This document shows, one piece after another, positions 36,753 to 48,877 of a stretch of DNA of 64,000 nucleotides. The notes under the pieces were generated by a model. That model did not search any database. It was not told the origin of the DNA and saw only the letters and a program-made list of their open reading frames with translations. The stretch's first letter is position 1, and every line of letters starts with the position of its first letter. The DNA is taken from contig RDEW01000015.1 in NCBI GenBank assembly GCA_011109175.1, forward strand, positions 142,310 to 206,309, in the 5' to 3' direction. This DNA is from Dicyema japonicum (taxonomy: Eukaryota; Animalia; Dicyemida). A program made the translations under genes and the position numbers.

Positions 36753-38140
36753 GGTTGAGGTGTTGACGTGCCTCTTTTGAACAAGATGTCTTCTTCATGC
36801 ATTCAATCTTCCCTGTTCACTATTGGATCATTAATGTGAGAGGACTAACATACGTAAAACGATAACACTTATGTGCGGACTTCCAACGATATGGAATATC
36901 TGTATGCTGTCTCCAGGAAACTAAAGTCCCCAATGGCCTGGATGAACAATGAACGGGCATTGACTGCTCCTATTGCCGTCAGACTGCCGACATTATGGGA
37001 TGGGGTTCGCTATACGCGTGGACACAGCTGGCTCATAGAGCATGGAGTATCAACGACAGGATTGCCATCCTCCAACTACGCCTCGGAAACTACTCAATCG
37101 ATTATAATACTCTATCGATTATCAATGTATATGCACCCACCACAGTTAGGGTATCCGCCAACACAGAGGAACTTGACAATTTCTACTCGTCTTTATCATC
37201 GGATTACTCCTCCGTGTCAAGCTCCTACATACTTTTTATAGCTGGAGACTGGAATTCAAAAGTGGGGAAAAAGCGGGACGAATCAAATTGCTTGGCCAGC
37301 CACGCTCGAGGGATCAGAAATCTGTCCGGGGAGACCCTTATACACTTCTGCGAGTCATTTAAACTGTTCCCTTGTAACACGGGTTTCCGAAATGCAGCGA
37401 GACATGTTACGACGTGGACAGGCCAGAGGAGAGACTCCTGTGAAAATCGCGTCAATATATTTAACCAAATCGAAAACACATAGGAGGATACTCACGGACT
37501 CCCGTATGTACAGTGGCATGATGACCTCGAGTGATCACAGACTACTAGTGGAGCGTATCATTCTAAAGCGACGCTTGTATTGTAGACACCATCAATCGCA
37601 AAAAGCTAATGCACGTATTGGAGAGTATTCTAGACGAGGATGCATCATCTATTATCAGATTTTTACTCTCCAACATCATGCTTACAACTCTCTTTAAACC
37701 AACACTGGCGCACCACAGGGAGACTCGTTATCTCCGGTCCTATTCATAATATACCTGGATGCAGTTCTAAGACCTCTCCGGAAAAAGAATTGTTTCACTA
37801 ATGTGATTTCTCTAACCTGATGGAAGTAATCTATGCCGATGATATTGATTTCGTCTGCCGGGATAGGGATACGCTGGAAACTATACTAAAAGTGATCCCT
37901 CAAGGCTTGGAGGACTGGTCCCTGGTAGTAAACCCATACAAAACGGAAAAAACTAGCATATCCCGTTGCATGACGAGAAACGAGGAAAAGTGGAGAACAT
38001 GCAAGAAAGTTGGATCTCTCCTCGGGGACTCGGAGGACGTTATTCACAGGAAAGTTCTGGCGGTTGCTTCTTTCAAAAACTTTTGGGCTATCTGGATGCG
38101 ACGAAAGTACATAGGCACTCCCCTTCGAATTCGGTTGTAA
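36753..38140 (+). mobile_element. RTE-like LINE with intact 5' end and internal deletion
   Basis: 5' ggttgaggtgttgacgt; INVYAPT, AGDWNSKVG, SDHRLL, then a jump to GAPQGDSLSPVLF and IYADDIDF. Confidence 0.8.
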
Positions 38141-40039
38141 AACTTTATGACCTAACCACCAAAGAATTGGAATCCTCTCCTATGCCGACGATATCATTCT
38201 TGCTTCCAAGGACAGAAGCATTCAATCAGCGACTCAATCCGCTCAACAAATGCTTGACAAACTGGAACTATGGCTCTCGAAGTGGAGACTCGACACATCA
38301 GCAACAAAGTCTTCTGTCACGCTGTTTACCACTTACAAAAGACAGCTCTGTATCGAACCAAAAATCTTTATGAAGAACTATTCCTATTAACAAAACACAG
38401 AAGATTCTAGTAGTAACCTTTGATCAGGGACTCATCTTTATCCGGCATGTTGAAAACAAAGCAACTTCTGCTTTGAAGAAAATGAGAATTTTAAAAGTGC
38501 TCTCAAAAACACTTAGAGACCAAACTGGTGGACTTGCCACGATTTATGAACAATTTATCCGACCAACGATGACGTATGCAAGTCCTTCATGGGCAATGCA
38601 GATTTCACGATCCTCCTCATTGAAACTATCCGCAATCGAGGAGACTGAAATAGGTTAATTGGACCAAAACACAAAATCCAGCCCTTTGAAAATTTTTTCA
38701 GCAGCTTCGTTGATGGTGTCCTTTGTGCGTTTCCAGGCGTCTTCTAGAAAATTTCGTTGTCGTTCAGGAGAGGGCTGTTTGTCTCAAGAAGTATAGAAGC
38801 AAAATTAATTTTGGATGGCCTCTCCATTAAAATAGAAGTTGAAGTAAAATATTTCATATGTCCATACTATCCGCATAGTGTTTTAGTAATAATAAGTACG
38901 ATTTCTCCAGGGTGGAAGATTGCATTATTAATTTCTTTCCATCTGCAATCAATTTTCTATTAATTATCGTTACTATTTTTTCCTTTTTAAATAAAGTGTG
39001 TGTTTACTAGGAAATTTATGTAATAGATGCTTACTATTGTCGATTTAATTAATAGATGCTTTAAAAAAATTGAAAATGAAAATTTGTGTAACTTACGTTT
39101 TAAAAACCTTGTTCCATCAACTGTTTGACGAATTTCTTAGTGGTTAATGTTTGTTGCAAGTCGGATATGTAACTCAAATCATTTGAAATTAGTTCATTTG
39201 ATTTTTTTACTTGGGAATAATCTCAAGTTGCCCAACTCTAATTATAACCCAAATATCATTTTATTCAACCAACGTTTTTGCAATTGAATTTAAGATTTCT
39301 GTAGGTTTTCATTAAGTAATAAATCCTATTTTGTGCTTCTTCAGTATATAATTTATCACTATCATAATAACTACTGAATGATCTTAAGAGATTCAAAGTA
39401 ATTTGTCTTTTAATAAAAAAGATATCGAAAACTTTTTTTATTAAATCGCGTTGAGATAGTTTTAAATATTTAATAGATAAAAATTCGAAAGTTGAAAAAT
39501 CGACTGTAGGATAGATAAAAAATAGTTACTTAAATTAATTATTCTTTGTGGTTAATAAATCAATAATTCAAGTTGACCTTAGTTCAATCTTAATGTGTCC
39601 ATAGGTAACCAGTTGCCCATGTCACATAATATGTTGCGTAATACTTTCCACTAAGAGAGACTTAAAGAAAATTGATACTACATTGATATAAATCATAAAC
39701 CTCTTAAAATTAATAATTTATTATAGAATCTACACCATTTTCACTGAGGAAAGTCGTCAACACCAAATAAAAAGAATGAACTCAATATTATGTATTGACT
39801 CGTCGAAATATATTCGGATCTCTTAAAGTGCTTTTGATTATAATTTAAATTTTTTGGAATGCAAATATCGAAAAGAACGACAATTTTGAAGTCTATCACT
39901 AATCCTATCTGCTAAAATCTTATGTTCCAAAGACTAAATCATTAATTTTATAATTGTATGAGTAATGTTGTTCTTTTACCTTGGAAAAAAAACAAGCCAA
40001 GCGGATTTCCATCCACCTTACAGACCCGAATGACCGATC

Positions 40040-41000
40040 CGCGATTACGGGTCGAAGTTTCCTGTGAGTAGGGGATTAACCATTAATAAAGAATGAGGGT
40101 CTTTCGGTAAATTGAATTGAGTAGTGGAGCGAAGTCTCCGATAACGTGAACCTCCACGCAACAGAGGCATACTCCACAGCCGGGGCGATAGTTTGCCGGT
40201 TGTGTTGAAACAGAAGAATCCGAATTCAAAGGAGTCCTCCGGACAAGCGCGCGTACAACGTTGAACTTCTGCAGACCTTTAGTGAGGACTTTCTTCGCAT
40301 GGGAGTGAAAATTCAACAGCCTGTAGAAATTTAATCCAAGAATTGAGGGAGACCTTGTTATTGGTATCTGGAGAGGACAATGAAAATTCTTGGATCTTTT
40401 TTGAACGACGGTCTGAGGTGAAAAGCGTACATATTCGTTAGTCGGTTAGCAGTCAACCAATCATAGAGGGTGTTCACTCTCCCCTGGGCACTGGAGGTTG
40501 CAACTTACGTGTTGCAATTATTAAGTCGTCTGCGTAAGATAATAACAAAAATTTTCGTCCTCGTAATTTAGTATGTTGTGGAGGAAAAGAGTGAAAAGAA
40601 TCGGAGAAAGCGGAGAATTTTGTGGTAGTCCGTTAGGTAGTAGTTGCCCGCAGACGACTCTCCCTGTCGCCCAGAGAGAAAGTTGCTAACCACAGCTTTA
40701 GGTTTGGACGAACTTTCGAATAAAAAATCTTCCCAATAAGAAGTTTCCTTGAGACTGTGTCGAAAGCCTTGTTATGTCGATTGAGACCATCGTAGTTCGC
40801 ATGTGTGGTGGCAATGAATTGGGATAGTGTAGTTAAATAAGCAGTGGTGGACCTTCCAACACAAAAACCGTGTTGGAAAGCAGCTTGATCGAATGATAAG
40901 AGTGGACTTGAGTTTAATGTTTCTCCTCCGAGCCCATACAGGCACTTATCGAGGCTATCACAACGTTGTCACGTCGGGATCACTTACGGATTATTGGAGA
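40040..41000 (-). mobile_element. Ingi/Vingi-like RT relic
   Basis: NFHSHAKKVLTKGLQKFNVVRALVRRT, homologous to the 55567-56565 ORF. Confidence 0.7.
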
Positions 41001-41032
41001 GGAGTTTAGAATGAAATGAGGTTAAATGAAAA

Positions 41033-42471
41033 TTAATAAAACGAATTCAATCCAGAAATAGCTTTCCCAAGAATCAAAGCATGAATATCAGCAGTCCCTC
41101 AAATAAATTATAAAAAATACCTTCGTAAGTGTTAACACTCTCCAAATTAAGAACATGTCTAATAACTCCATATTCATCCACAATTCCATTAGCACCAAGC
41201 ATGTCACGTGCTTCTCTAGCAATGTTTAGTGATTTAATTGTTGAATTTCTCTTTGCCATTGAAATTAAAGTAACCAAATTACTAGGGATAGTTTGCACAT
41301 ATATACTTGTCATTAGAATCCATAAATTTAGCCACACGATGACAAAGGAGTAATCCAAGGTTGATCTCCAAACACATGTCCGCTAGTTTCTTCTGAATTA
41401 GTTGGTTCTGAGCAAGAGGTCTTCCAAATTGATGTCTTGCATTGTAATAACACTCCACCTGTTTAAAACATATTCTCGAGCAGTTTGGTAACAAAATTCA
41501 GCAGCTCCGAGAGCTCCCCATGAAATACCAAACCGAGCACTATTGAGACACGTGAATGGTCCCTACAAATATAAATTATAAGAGACCAATAGTCCGGTAA
41601 CTCCTGGTAGCATGTTTTCTTCAGGGACAAACAGATCAGTCATCAAAATCTGTCCAGTAACACTGGCTCGAAGAGAGAATTTGCCTTCAATTCTGGAGGT
41701 ATCAAGTCCCTTCCACCCTCTTTCAAGAATGAATCCTTTAACACGATTGTCAAATGAATCACACTTAGCCCACACAATAAATATGTTAGAGATTGGAGAG
41801 TTTGTGATCCTAATTCATTATTAGGATATTTACCATGTTTTTGTTCCATTCAAAATATATCCCTTCAAATCAGGATTATACACAGCCGTTGTCTCCATCC
41901 CGGCTGGGTTACTCCCATGATTAGGTTCGGTCAGTCCAAAACATCCAATATACTCCCCAGTGGCTATATAAGATGTAATTCTACCAAGTTTTCTTAGATA
42001 ACGATTCTTTTGGTCTTCCGAACCAAATTTATAAATTGGGTGCATAACCAATGAGGACTGAACACTCATGGCAGATCTATATCCACTGTCGACTCTTGAA
42101 TCATCAAAACTATAATACTTCTCGATTTCTCTACATAACAGTCCATAAGTCACATAGGAGACCCCAGCACAGTCATATCCTCTAATAGTGCAACCAAAGG
42201 CTCCAATATCGCCTAGTTCCTTCATGATGCCAACATCAAACTCTAGATTTAGACTTATGATTACCTTCATTCCTGAAATTATTAGTAATACGAGGCATAA
42301 GACTCTTTTGGCAGTAAGATCTGAATTGATCCCTCATCATCTGCTCATCACTCGTTAATAGTGACTCCAAATCCAAAGGATCTCTCCAATCAAAGGACGA
42401 AGCTACCAATAAACTTTGGATAAACAATTAAATCTTTTAATATTTCTTAATAGGCGTGTCACTGTAATCAT
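41033..42471 (-). CDS. GCDH: Glutaryl-CoA dehydrogenase, mitochondrial
   Basis: [77 protein letters not shown]; eight introns of 21-24 nt. Confidence 0.95.
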
Positions 42472-42949
42472 TGTGGTTAAATTAAAATTAATAATATTTA
42501 AATATTAAATTGTTATGTCTTCTCTTCGTGGTATAATTCCTATAGTGAGGTCTTCATCTATTAAGAATATTTTCCGTTATATTTCAGGTTATTTATTATT
42601 ATTATACAAGACAAATCTACAAATATTGATAAATCTGCAAATTTGTATAAAAATACTCAATATTTTGAAACTGATGAATATTCATATTACCAACTTGAGA
42701 CCGAACTAACAAAATATCGTATGGAGCAGCCTTATTCTAACAGAACAAACTCATATTAGTTAACACTCTTTTAGTTCATATATATGGAAATACTCATTCT
42801 AGTCAGTTTATATAATCCTCTGTTAGATTACTCATTTACATGAACACATGTTATTGTGAACGTGATTGAGGCAGACTCTATCAATTCACTTTTAATCATT
42901 TAAAAATATTCTTAAGTTTTATAATTTCCTAAGTATGCTTATGCATTAA

Positions 42950-44290
42950 GCCACATTGAATAGGGTCAGTTCTATCACGGAACAAAAGCTCATCATCCAA
43001 AAACATCCACCCGTTCCGTCGGATTTACGCGAGACAGAATTTGGGAAGGACATTCCACATTTGGCAACCACCACAAGTGATATACGACCTGCTATTTCAT
43101 CTTTCCCAGGAAGCAGCAGTCTGGCTTGGACGGCCTACGTCCGAGTCATATGAAAGACCTTATTTCTTCCACAACCGCCGATATGGGCAAATTTCTCATT
43201 AATTTAATAAAGACTCTTACAGACCGCATTATTCGGGCTGATATCTCCGACAATGCCAGTGGACTCCTTTTTGCATTCAAACTGATTGCCTTTAGAAAGC
43301 CATGTGGTGGGTTAAGACCCATCGCTATAGGCAACGTATTCAGGCGCCTGACTGCGAAGATTGTTGCCAGAGCAGCGAGCAAAGCTCTAAGTCCCCAACT
43401 GAGACCTACTAAAGTTGGGGTTGGAATTCCTCATGGATGCTAGGCATTAATCCACTCAATCAGGAACTTTGTTGCCAGTCCGCCAGATACTACGAATGCT
43501 ATAATAGTCAAACTGGACATCCGCAATCCTTTCAATAGCATTCGCAGATACAGAATCATATAAGGTAGCATCTCCAGGATCCCGGAAATCAACAGAATGG
43601 TTAAACTTGCATATGGTTCCTCATGTACACTGATAGTCGGGCAACACATCATCGAAGACTGAAGTTCAACAAGGTGACCCCCTTCGCCTTGCCTTGGGTA
43701 TCAACTGTGCAGCATCAGCGATGCGAACTCCATTGAACCAATGATTCCAGATGACGCGAGGTAATTGGGAACTTGTGATGGCTTCTTAAGAGCCATCGAC
43801 GAGAATTTAAAGGACTGCCGTTGAGGAAACACTCACAATTTCTTTTGATAAAACTGGCTGGATCCAAGGCAAACTACCTCTTCGCTACGGAGGAATTGGA
43901 ATACGCTCACCACTAGAACTCTCCTTCCCAGCTATTCAATTTTCGACATATACTTCCAGTGGTCTCACACGCCAGATCCTACGCTACATTAACGAATCGG
44001 AAGTTGGACCAGTGGCATGCATGGCCCGGGAAGTCTTGACGCGACTGGGTGTTGGATTCCCGAAGAACGCTAATAAACAACGAGAATGGGACAAGCTTTA
44101 ATGCTTGAAGATCATAGAAGAGATAAAATATGTGCTTGATCAGCATCGTCTAGCTTGTCTGGCTTCTGAGTTATTGCTTGAGGACTCGAAGCTGCTGGAT
44201 TTCCTGTCCAATTGGAGCCGCTTGGACTTGCTCAAGCCAACCTAAGACCGGACGGAACCACTCTCTTCCTATGGGAAAGTGGTAAATACC
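42950..44290 (+). mobile_element. CRE-clade retrotransposon, decayed
   Basis: KHPPVP, GLRPSHMKDL, GGLRPIAIGNVFRRLTAKI, VGVGIPHGC, LDIRNPFNSI, and RPDG-like RLE remnant near 44245. Confidence 0.85.
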
Positions 44291-44368
44291 AATACATGTA
44301 TCTGTAAATTAAAGTTTTGCAAATAATGATTTGATCGCCCAGGGAATTGTAATGAACTTTGATAATAA

Positions 44369-44720
44369 CCGCGTGGCGCCATGTGGTGCTTCGTGGCTAA
44401 TTGATTGAAGTTTCTGTTTTGTTCGTCTGTTCCTCCTCTCTTCCTATTAGAGTGGCGTCATGTGATCCACCTGTCTAGGTTGCGCCCAGTGCCAGACCGG
44501 CACGAAAAAAGATCATTTGCTCTCCCCCACTCCACTGGAGGGGTTTTCACAATTGCAACTATGGACGTCTTACCTTTTATGTTGATTCCGAATGGACTCT
44601 GTTTCTGTAGAAGTGGATAATTAATAATAATAATCCCCCAGGGAGCACAATAAAAATAAGGGTCATTATTCCAATCAGAAGTGAAATTTATATATCCAAG
44701 GAAATTTGATTTGTCATTCC
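44369..44720 (+). mobile_element. Ingi/Vingi-like LINE 5' fragment with HDV-like fold (44453-44516)
   Basis: Near-identical to 28537-28740 from the same first base; followed by decayed NPPGS junction. Confidence 0.65.
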
Positions 44721-44874
44721 TCCGCAATGATCACCATTACAAAACTATGAAGAAAATCAATTGGACTTGTCGTTGTGTCCTTCCTGTCTCTTTAAAAACA
44801 AGAGAGGATTAGTGGTTTCTGGTAAACAATTGGGTGTAAGCTATTTAAGCAGTTTGACCGCATAATTGACAAAA

Positions 44875-46252
44875 ATGGTTGAAGGATTTTAATATTATTA
44901 GATTAACTGTTTTGCGAAAAGACTAACAAACTTTGTAAGAAAATCATCGACGTATTCTCCTTCGTTTATAATTCCAAACAGGATCGACCCAATCCCAACA
45001 TACCAAGTCTTGGACTCGCAAGGAAATGTTAACGACCCAAGCCAAATTCCCAAAGTACATGAGAATTCTAATATTAGATGTCTAACGAGAAAATGGTGGA
45101 GATTTTTAAAAATATGCTATTTCTAAATACAATTGACGACATTCTGCTTGAATCACAAAGACAGGGAAGGACCTCATTTTACATGACTCATTACGGAGAG
45201 GAAGCTTTGGTAGCCATGGCTGAGGCATTTACTCTTCAAGATTTGGTTTCTACGCAATACAGAGAGTTAGGTAACATTTGATTATGTATTCAGGGTTTCT
45301 AATTCAACGAGGATATTCCTTAAGTGAAATAATGAACTTGACAACATCCAATGTGGACGACTATGCAATTGGAAGACAGTCAAATCCCATGTACATGTCC
45401 ACTAGACTGAATATATACATGAATTCTGCCCCATTGGCTACTCAAATTCCGCAAGGTAGTAGTTCCATAGACTAGTAAGCTGTGGGACAGGGATATGCAA
45501 AGAAAATGTCAGGGGATAAGTCCTGTGTGGTTGTTTTCTTCGGAGATGGTTGTGCTTCTGAGGGAGATGCCTTTACTGGTCTTAATTTGGCAGGGGCATT
45601 GAAATCACCAGTTGTGTTTGTGTGGTTTGTTATATTTGAGTAATAGCCAGTCGAAATAATCAATATGCAATATCCACACACATCAGTGAACAATATTGTG
45701 GTGATGCTATTGGTCTACAGTATTTTAATATTTAGCTGGTAGAGGAGTGGCATTGGGAATTCCCACCATTAGGGTAGATGGGAACGATGTATTTGCTATG
45801 TATAATTCGGCTAAAGCTGCTCGGGAAATGTGTGTGAATAACGGTTCCCCCGTTTTAATTGAAGCTATCTCCTACCGGTATTTATGTGGATTTATATTTG
45901 TAGTATAAGTCACCACAGCACATCTGACGACAGTGCAGCATATAGAGGAGGTAATGAATTGGAAGAATGGAAAACTTTGAAATCTCCTTCACCCGTTTTA
46001 GGAATTATTTAGTCAATAATGGATTATGGATCTCTCAACTGAAAAGGAATTCCGTAAGGACTGTTTTAAGAAGGTATGACCTAAATGATTGTATAGGTTG
46101 TGGATAAACTGAAAGAAAAAGAACAAGTACCTAAACCAGGCCCAGATACAATTTTTAATCAAATGTATTCTCAACTACCATCGTTTTACAGTCAACAAAA
46201 GAATCAATTACAAGATCACATTAACAAATATCGGGATTATTACAATAATTAA
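44875..46252 (+). CDS. BCKDHA: 2-oxoisovalerate dehydrogenase E1 alpha
   Basis: ESQRQGRTSFYMTHYGEE, TQYRE, APLATQIPQA, FFGDGCASEGD, CRNNQYAIST, RVDGND, HHSTSDDS; introns 23-26 nt; two 1-bp deletions near 45990-46030. Confidence 0.93.
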
Positions 46253-46299
46253 TATTTTAACAATTAACACAAAATATTATTCCTCCTATGTGCTTATGT

Positions 46300-46560
46300 C
46301 CATACTTTATTCAAGATTTCACTTCCTTCCCTCTGGTGGCCTCATTCGATCCACATAACTCGAAAGACGCCCAATCCCTGCCCCACATTCAAAAGGATCC
46401 TTTTGTTCATTCCACTGGGACGACAATTTAGATTTGTTTTGTAATCGACCTCAGTTTCCCAGACAACCTCTACTGTATCACTATGCTTGGTCGAGGGTTC
46501 TACTGGAACGCGTCAGCATCAAGGAATTAGTTAGTTTGGTTTTATTCTTGGTCTTTGGAA
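46300..46560 (+). mobile_element. Ingi/Vingi-like 3' end relic
   Basis: Terminal ttagtttggtttt..ttggtctttggaataat similar to 36510-36545. Confidence 0.5.
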
Positions 46561-46728
46561 TAATTTAATTCCTGGATCATTTATAACGATTTTCCTTTCT
46601 GCTCCTTCTTCAATTCCTAGGAACTCATTGGATTCACCAAACTCAGGAGACGCCCAACCAACATGGATCCCTCTCTTCCCAAAAGCTTTAAAGAATACCT
46701 GGAAGGAATAGCATGCTTTTAAAGAATG

Positions 46729-47234
46729 CTACTCACTCAGATATCCGGAGTTATAAAAAATATTAACGGTTTCTGCAATTACCTTGAAAACTCTTAAAAG
46801 TATGACTTGACTCCATGTCAGATGAGAAGGGTTGTACAGATGCCAACCTTCCCCTTGTGCAATGTTGAGAATAACTTTTATTTTTGAAGCTGTCGACGTT
46901 AAAATTCGCAAGCTTACGGCTACGTTATCAGTGTAATCTTTCAGTTTTTTTTGTAGTTTGTGAAAACTAGTCTTAGCAATCGAGGGAACCGAAGAGGTCT
47001 GTATTTTATCAGAATCAGATTTCGGTCTGATTGAAGATCATAAATGACCTTCTTTCTGAAGCGAGGGTATATGGGCAGCGTAAAGGTATGAGTCTTGTTC
47101 GATGTGATTTTTTGGATAATTGAGGATGTACAAGTCATCCAGATTTTCTTTAAATGAATTTTCCTCTTGTGTTTATCATCATTGAGAGTTAACAAGTAGT
47201 CAACTCTTATCATGGATGAGGAGTTAAACTCCAC
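46729..47234 (-). CDS. Hypothetical protein (~168 aa if one A is removed from the run at ~46950; upstream exons possible)
   Basis: ORFs 46941-47234 and 46729-46911 join by a single homopolymer correction; no family recognised. Confidence 0.35.
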
Positions 47235-48087
47235 TACTTGGGGGAGAACAACATGACGTTCATTAACAACTTCAATGTATGAGATTGATGATTTTTATTC
47301 TAATCTATTATAAATATATTCTCAACTTTAGGCAGATAAATTTTTGTTGCAGGAGACTAGAATTCTAAAACGGAAATCAAACATAGTGGTGAAAACTGTA
47401 TTACAAACCACGGAAGGGTCATAGCAACTCTAAGAAACCAGTAATACCCACAATTTGTTTCAATACAACATTTCAGTATGATTTTAAATACAAATGAGTT
47501 GGCTTCAGAGGAATAAAAAGATGCAATAAAAATTTTCAATCAAATCGATCATATTATGTGTGAACGGACGCTCAATATACTACTAACGGACTCTTATTGA
47601 TATAAAAGAACGTTAAAAAAATAACGATGATAGATTGTAATCATTTAGCTGAGATTCTGGAAGCTCTAAGGAATAACTGTTCCGAACTGTGTTATGCCAA
47701 AAACATAGAAAATTGTGCAGACCCCCTCAAAAATTGAGACCATAGTTCTATTAACGTGTGTCAGAACCTTGTCTGTCATAACTCTGAGTCGAGTTCAAGT
47801 TCTATTATCGTCGAGTCGAAGTGGATTTAGACGGTCTACCGCTGATATTGTTAGGAGTTATCGATAGGTTATTCCAAAGTCACAAAAATAATGTAAATTT
47901 TGTGAGTTGAGTTGTAGAAATAAACTACTGCTTGTTCACAAAAACATTCTAAAGAAGACTGTCTAAGGATTGTAGGTGACACTTTGATGACTAACAGTAA
48001 TCCTGGTAAAGTCATGACCATTAAGCAGAGGAACCCTGACTAGAGTATAAAATCAAAGAATAACACGAAAATAATAACCAATAATAA

Positions 48088-48785
48088 TCATGCACTCACA
48101 GTGGGCGTGTTTGTAATATTAGAAAATAACTAGAATAACCCAAATAATTACAGAACTGATAAACTTGGAAGAGAAATAACCTTTAGCAGCATCAGAAAGA
48201 GTCTTTCCCTTAGCACCAGACCAACACCTTAGATATCCATACAAATTAGACCCCAACATAACAAGACAGAGACAGTCAATCAGCTACAATAATTACAATA
48301 GCAAACCACCCACTTTACTTTCAAAGAAAATAAATGAAATACAGCCAATAATGACCACACTGCAGGGACTAATAGTAGTCCACTCCAAAAAACCACGTTT
48401 TGATGACGATTCTGGACCTTATTGTCAGACTCAAAGTGCCAAATGTTCTCCCCACAGTCATTCACGTAATTCCACCAGCGAAGCCCAACCAGGAACCGTC
48501 CTGAGAGTTTTATACAGCAATTTACCTGTCACGTTTTTTACTGTCCAAAAATCAAAAGCAACAAAAACAAGAACAAGTGAGAAAATGGTGGTGTAGTTTG
48601 AGAAAAATATGGTTGAAAATAGGTAAAAAACGAGAGCAAGTGAACGGAAGAAAAAGTGAAAAAATATAATTTGGTTAAGTCTAAACTATTTTAGTTAACA
48701 AACTTGTTTGAATTTGTATTTAAGTTAAATTCTGATGGTAATTCCACTATGGTGTTCTATTAATTTAATTAGACACAAGAACCAT
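48088..48785 (-). CDS. TVP23: Golgi membrane protein TVP23/FAM18
   Basis: [49 protein letters not shown]; 22-26 nt introns. Confidence 0.9.
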
Positions 48786-48877
48786 TAACGTCAGTTTGAA
48801 ATTTTATTAAAATATTTAAATTAATTTATATAATTTATTAAAATATATGCATGACATATTGCATGACATAATTCTTT

